Below, in pieces: positions 59,854-64,000 of a stretch of 64,000 nucleotides of DNA. The position numbers were made by a program, and so were the translations under genes. The DNA is from Candidatus Babeliales bacterium (GTDB lineage Bacteria > Babelota > Babeliae > Babelales > JANWKD01), in NCBI GenBank assembly GCA_963722255.1, contig CAVRJO010000002.1, forward strand, positions 64,001-128,000. Direction: 5' to 3'. The notes below the pieces were generated by a model. It was not told the DNA's origin and ran no database searches. It saw only the letters and a list, made by a program, of their open reading frames with translations. Position 1 is the stretch's first letter. Each line of letters opens with the position of its first letter.

Positions 59854-61317
59854 TTACAATAACTCACTTGCCAATTTACTCAATTCACTGCGCTCACTAT
59901 TTTCCAAGAATACAGTTCCAAAAAGATCTTGTCCTCTAAATTTACTGCTTGCAACCACAAGACCATTACTACTAAAATCCAAAAGCGGTGTATCAATTTG
60001 AAATGGATCACCTGCAATAATAATCTTACTTCCTTGGCCGACACGGCTAACAAGCGTTTTAACTTCATGTGGTGACAAATTTTGCACTTCATCAAGTAGA
60101 ATATATTGAAAGGGAATTGAGCGACCGCGCATATAGGTGATTGCTTCAATGCTAACCTTACCCTCTTTACTCAATTGATCTAAAGGAGGCAATGCACGTT
60201 TAATATGATGATTTTCTTTATCCTTTTGTCCATTATTATGTTTTTTCTTCTTTTTATCGCGTTGTTGGCGCCAATCTTTTCCACCTGAATAAGCAGGTCT
60301 TTCATGCTGCCTATCATGTCGCTCATAATGGCGTCCATATTCTTGATCATGACCATTTTTATTTGCTTCATAAGCAATAAATTCCATATTATCATACATA
60401 GGCTGCATCCAACTATGGAGCTTCTCTTCAATAGTACCCGGCAAATAACCAATATCGGGACCCAACGGAATTACAGGTCGTGAAATCAATAACTTACGAT
60501 ATATATCCTGAACAAGTACTTGATGTAACCCAGCAAGCAATGCTAAAAAAGTTTTACCCGTTCCTGCAGGCCCTATTAAACTTACCAGCGAAACTTCGGG
60601 ATCAAATAAAAGATCAAGCGCCATTGCTTGTTGCGGGTTACGTGCTTCAAGAGGCCACCGCAGCTCCGGACGGTGCACCGGGCGTAATGCTTTATTTTTA
60701 AAACGGAACATTCTGTAGTTCTGTGGGTTATTACGGCTTGAAAGCAGTACAAATTGATTTGGTGCTAATGCTCTATCTTTCATAAGAGCATTCAAAACAT
60801 CCGGCACCTCTTTTTTAAACTGTACCGCAGGCACCTCCTCATGAATCCATCCTTTATAAATCGTATCTTTTGCTAAAAACTCTTTTATATAATCTTCAGC
60901 TTCAATGCCTAATGCATCTGCTTTTACACGTGCATTTAAATCTTTAGAAATAAAATGTACCGATTTTCCTTTGTGCTTAAGAGCAATTGCCGTCATTAAA
61001 ATAGCATTATCAGCCACATTGAGTGTTAAAGGAACTTTTGTTTTTATTTCAGGTAAAAAAAGCACCTGTAACGTACCGCCATTATCAAGTTTCACGCCTT
61101 CTTGCAAAGAACCACGAGTACGAAGTGCATCAAGCGAACGAATGGCCATACGCGTCATTGCTCCTCGCTCACTCGCTTCAGATTTAAATCGATCAAGTTC
61201 TTCCAAAACCGTTATGGGGATTGCCACTGTGCTACGGCCAAAATTAAAAAGTGATTGCGGGTCGTACACCAAAACATTTGTATCTAAAAGGTATATTTTC
61301 TCAGCTGGCATAATCAT
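59854..61317 (-). CDS. PhoH-family protein with N-terminal PIN domain (PhoH2/YlaK-like)
   Basis: LLDTNVL, LEELD, SKD.NARVKA, GPAGTGKT, YMRGRS, DEVQN, GDP.QID. Confidence 0.92.
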   Translation of the reverse strand: MIMPAEKIYLLDTNVLVYDPQSLFNFGRSTVAIPITVLEELDRFKSEASERGAMTRMAIRSLDALRTRGSLQEGVKLDNGGTLQVLFLPEIKTKVPLTLNVADNAILMTAIALKHKGKSVHFISKDLNARVKADALGIEAEDYIKEFLAKDTIYKGWIHEEVPAVQFKKEVPDVLNALMKDRALAPNQFVLLSSRNNPQNYRMFRFKNKALRPVHRPELRWPLEARNPQQAMALDLLFDPEVSLVSLIGPAGTGKTFLALLAGLHQVLVQDIYRKLLISRPVIPLGPDIGYLPGTIEEKLHSWMQPMYDNMEFIAYEANKNGHDQEYGRHYERHDRQHERPAYSGGKDWRQQRDKKKKKHNNGQKDKENHHIKRALPPLDQLSKEGKVSIEAITYMRGRSIPFQYILLDEVQNLSPHEVKTLVSRVGQGSKIIIAGDPFQIDTPLLDFSSNGLVVASSKFRGQDLFGTVFLENSERSELSKLASELL

Positions 61318-61399
61318 TCCTTATGTAGCATGGTTAGAAGATCTTCACCTACTCTACTTGGTAAGGTAGCATGAGAATGAGAGAGAATAAAATAGTTAA

Positions 61400-61440
61400 A
61401 ATAAAAAGACCCCCGTTGTAGAACGAGGGGTCTTTTTATT
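61400..61440. terminator. Rho-independent terminator
   Basis: AATAAAAAGACCCC...GGGGTCTTTTTATT. Confidence 0.75.
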
Positions 61441-61460
61441 TATTTTTATATAAAAAAATT

Positions 61461-63059
61461 TTATTTAAATTGATTTATAATCGTGTAAAGCATTTGGCCT
61501 AGAAAATAACCAATGAACCCTTTTGGCTCAACTTTTAAGCCATAGTCCTTACATGCACGCTTAACTGCTTTAATCATATTCTCAACATTATTTTTGTCAG
61601 CAATTTCTAAATTTTGTGGAACTACTACATCAAGATCACAGATCGAATCAAACATGTTTTTGATTTCTTGCAACAAGTTACTAAGTATTTGTTTATCTTT
61701 AAAATTTAATCCTTGAAATTGATCTTTTATGTCTTCAAGCACATGATACAATTCATTTGTATCATAAGCTTTTTTAAGATCTTTTTTAATACGTACGAGT
61801 TCTTTCGATTCCTCAGCATACTTTTGTGGTTCAAAAGATACATTCACAACCAACTGCTTCATAATTTGGAGATTTTTTTCAAATGGTCTATACGCTTCTA
61901 AAATTCCGGAATAAACTTTTTTCAAGCCTTCTACAAAAATATCATTGACTTGGCTCTCAAATTCCTTTATTACATATTCTTTTCTCTCACCAAGCTTTTC
62001 AGGAGCTTCAGCTTCTTTTTCAATTTTTTCTTCAGTCTTTTTTACTTGATTTTCAGCTGTTATTTCATTGAATTCTTCAAACTTCAATAAATCGTTTACA
62101 ACCCTAGCCTCTTTTTCAAGTTCTTTAACTTCCGGAGCAGCTTTACCTAATCTTTGAGTTGCTTCTTCAAGATCTTTTTTTAATCTTGCTATTTCTTGTT
62201 TAGTATCGATAAGATCTATTTGCAACTCATCAACTTTATTTCGTTGCTCCTTTAAAAGTTCTTCAGAATCTTTACGGAAATTTTCATTATCTTTTTCCAA
62301 CTCTCTTGCTGTGTTATCCAGTGCATTATTCCTTTCTAGCACTTTTTTTAGAAGGGCAGCTTGTTCCTTAGAACCTGCTCGCACCTTAGTTAATTGATTT
62401 TCATATTCATCAATTTCTTCTTTTAAACTTTCAATTTTTTCTAAATTTTTTTGCTTTTTTCTCATATCTTCAGCTATTTTTGCTTCAATTGCTTCAACTG
62501 ATCTTCTTCTTGCAGCTTCTGCTCTTGCTTGACGTTCAAAACGAGCTGCTTTTGCTTTGGCAAAAGGTGTATTTGATGATCTTAACTCCGCTTGCACTCC
62601 TGCCATAATACGTGCCAACTTAGATTTTCGTTCTTCAGATGTTTCATATGCTTCTTCACTAAGCAATTTATTTAATTTGGGCAAAATTCTTCGCAATTCA
62701 CCAAGATTCTTTATCAAAGATTCTTCTAAAGCTATTTGCCTAGTAGTAAACTCAGTAAAAGCCTGTTCTTCGTATAAACGGCTCACCTCTCTAAGCAAAT
62801 CGCTTTTTAATTTATTTCCCTCAATAATATTAAATTGTACTACAGTCTCTATTGGCTCATTTTCTTCACGTGCAACTTCAACAAGTGGATCATACCATTT
62901 AGTAATTATCTCTTCCCATGTTTTTTGAGGAAATTGTTCTGATGAAGGATAATATTGTTTAACAAGCTCAACAAACTTTTCTCGACCTCTTTCTTCCATC
63001 CCATAAGCCATCCCAGTACTCAACACCAGAAAAAGACTTAATACTTTCCAATAGTTCAT
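61461..63059 (-). CDS. Secreted coiled-coil hypothetical protein
   Basis: MNYWKVLSLFLVLSTGMAYG signal peptide; long E/K-rich heptads. Confidence 0.8.
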   Translation of the reverse strand: MNYWKVLSLFLVLSTGMAYGMEERGREKFVELVKQYYPSSEQFPQKTWEEIITKWYDPLVEVAREENEPIETVVQFNIIEGNKLKSDLLREVSRLYEEQAFTEFTTRQIALEESLIKNLGELRRILPKLNKLLSEEAYETSEERKSKLARIMAGVQAELRSSNTPFAKAKAARFERQARAEAARRRSVEAIEAKIAEDMRKKQKNLEKIESLKEEIDEYENQLTKVRAGSKEQAALLKKVLERNNALDNTARELEKDNENFRKDSEELLKEQRNKVDELQIDLIDTKQEIARLKKDLEEATQRLGKAAPEVKELEKEARVVNDLLKFEEFNEITAENQVKKTEEKIEKEAEAPEKLGERKEYVIKEFESQVNDIFVEGLKKVYSGILEAYRPFEKNLQIMKQLVVNVSFEPQKYAEESKELVRIKKDLKKAYDTNELYHVLEDIKDQFQGLNFKDKQILSNLLQEIKNMFDSICDLDVVVPQNLEIADKNNVENMIKAVKRACKDYGLKVEPKGFIGYFLGQMLYTIINQFK

Positions 63060-63252
63060 AACTACCCTTTCTTTGTTTTTAATAATAGTACTACCCACTT
63101 AGATCTAAAAAAATAACCACAAGAATGTCAACATTTACTATAAATGACTTGGTGCATCACAAAACTTATGGCATAGAAAAAAATATTGTTTCATGATAGA
63201 GTAAACTCAAATCTCTTCGTGAATAGTTAGTATCTATAGAAAGGAAAAAACC

Positions 63253-64000
63253 ATGGAAAATTCACATGAAAAGTTACAAATCCTGCGCCATTCAGCAGCC
63301 CATTTAGCAGCACAAGCAGTGCTTGAACTTTTTCCTGATACTATTTTGACTATCGGTCCGGCAACACCAGAAGGTTTTTTCTATGATATGCTTCCTACAC
63401 ATAACTTTAAAGAAGAAGATTTACCACGCATTGAACAGCGTATGCATGAGCTTGCTAAAAAAAATTTTCCGATTACCCATACTGAAATACCAAAAAGCGA
63501 AGCTCGGAAAATATTTGCCAATAATCGCTTTAAACTAGAACTTATTGATAGCATCCCTGGTGACACTGTTGGCTTATCGCAACAAGGTGATTTTTATGAT
63601 CTTTGTCGCGGTGGCCACGTTGCTTCAACCGGTGAAATTAAACATTTTAAACTGCTTGCAATTTCTGGATCCTATTGGCGTGCTGATCGAGATGGCCAAC
63701 CCTTACAGCGCATAAGCGGAACAGCTTTTTTAACAACGCAAGATCTAGCTGATTATGAAAAACAAAAAGAAGAAGCGGCTTTATATGATCACCGTAGATT
63801 AGGCAAACAACTTGATCTTTTTTCATTCCATGAAGAAGGCGTTGGATTTCCCTTTTTTCATCCTAAGGGCAGAAGAATTATCAATATTCTTGTCAGCTAC
63901 CTTCGTTCAGTACTTGCGCGTGCGCATTATGAAGAGATTTCAACACCAATACTACTGAGCGACACGTTATGGCGTCAATCGGGGCATTATGCACACTATA
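63253..64000 (+). CDS. thrS: Threonine--tRNA ligase (5' part, runs off the window)
   Basis: MENSHEKLQILRHSAAHL, IGPATPEGFFYD, DLCRGGH, SGSYWR, DHRRLGKQLDLF, LWRQSGH; AAGGA RBS. Confidence 0.96.
   Translation, partial: MENSHEKLQILRHSAAHLAAQAVLELFPDTILTIGPATPEGFFYDMLPTHNFKEEDLPRIEQRMHELAKKNFPITHTEIPKSEARKIFANNRFKLELIDSIPGDTVGLSQQGDFYDLCRGGHVASTGEIKHFKLLAISGSYWRADRDGQPLQRISGTAFLTTQDLADYEKQKEEAALYDHRRLGKQLDLFSFHEEGVGFPFFHPKGRRIINILVSYLRSVLARAHYEEISTPILLSDTLWRQSGHYAHY

Noticed and set aside
61322..61372. GTAGCATG direct repeat in the PhoH-family leader as a Pho box or riboswitch
   Set aside because: Two 8-mers about 40 bp apart do not fit the 11-bp Pho-box period; no recognisable RNA motif.

Overview
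AT-rich bacterial chromosome segment. The gene repertoire (signal-peptide ankyrin, LRR and Skp1-like proteins, orphan secreted families, fragmented dcw and fatty-acid clusters) suggests an intracellular parasite of protists, probably Babeliae/Dependentiae (TM6); this assignment is inference. Housekeeping genes: ychF, htpX, two maf, tRNA-Gln, spoVG, rsmH, murF, ftsK, uppP, acpP, fabD-like, gltX, plsX, rpmF, dprA, gyrA, rpmH, rnpA, yidD, PhoH-family and thrS (partial). Accessory content: (1) a >2500-aa phage-tail-fibre/beta-helix adhesin missed by the ORF track, with hierarchical repeats; (2) LRR effectors, one Skp1-like; (3) an IS200 whose removal restores a split gene in frame; (4) a polymorphic toxin-immunity pair with an IS3 just upstream; (5) a frameshifted ceramidase-like gene; (6) six related orphan secreted proteins bracketed by two Cys-rich outer-membrane-like paralogs, followed by a Cys-rich small protein; (7) a YhcG/DUF1016 nuclease whose internal DNA palindrome has a covarying copy upstream. 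Five effector-like proteins share a 'signal peptide then Met-Glu' N-terminus, a candidate export or host-adaptation signal. All calls were made by eye; no database searches were run.
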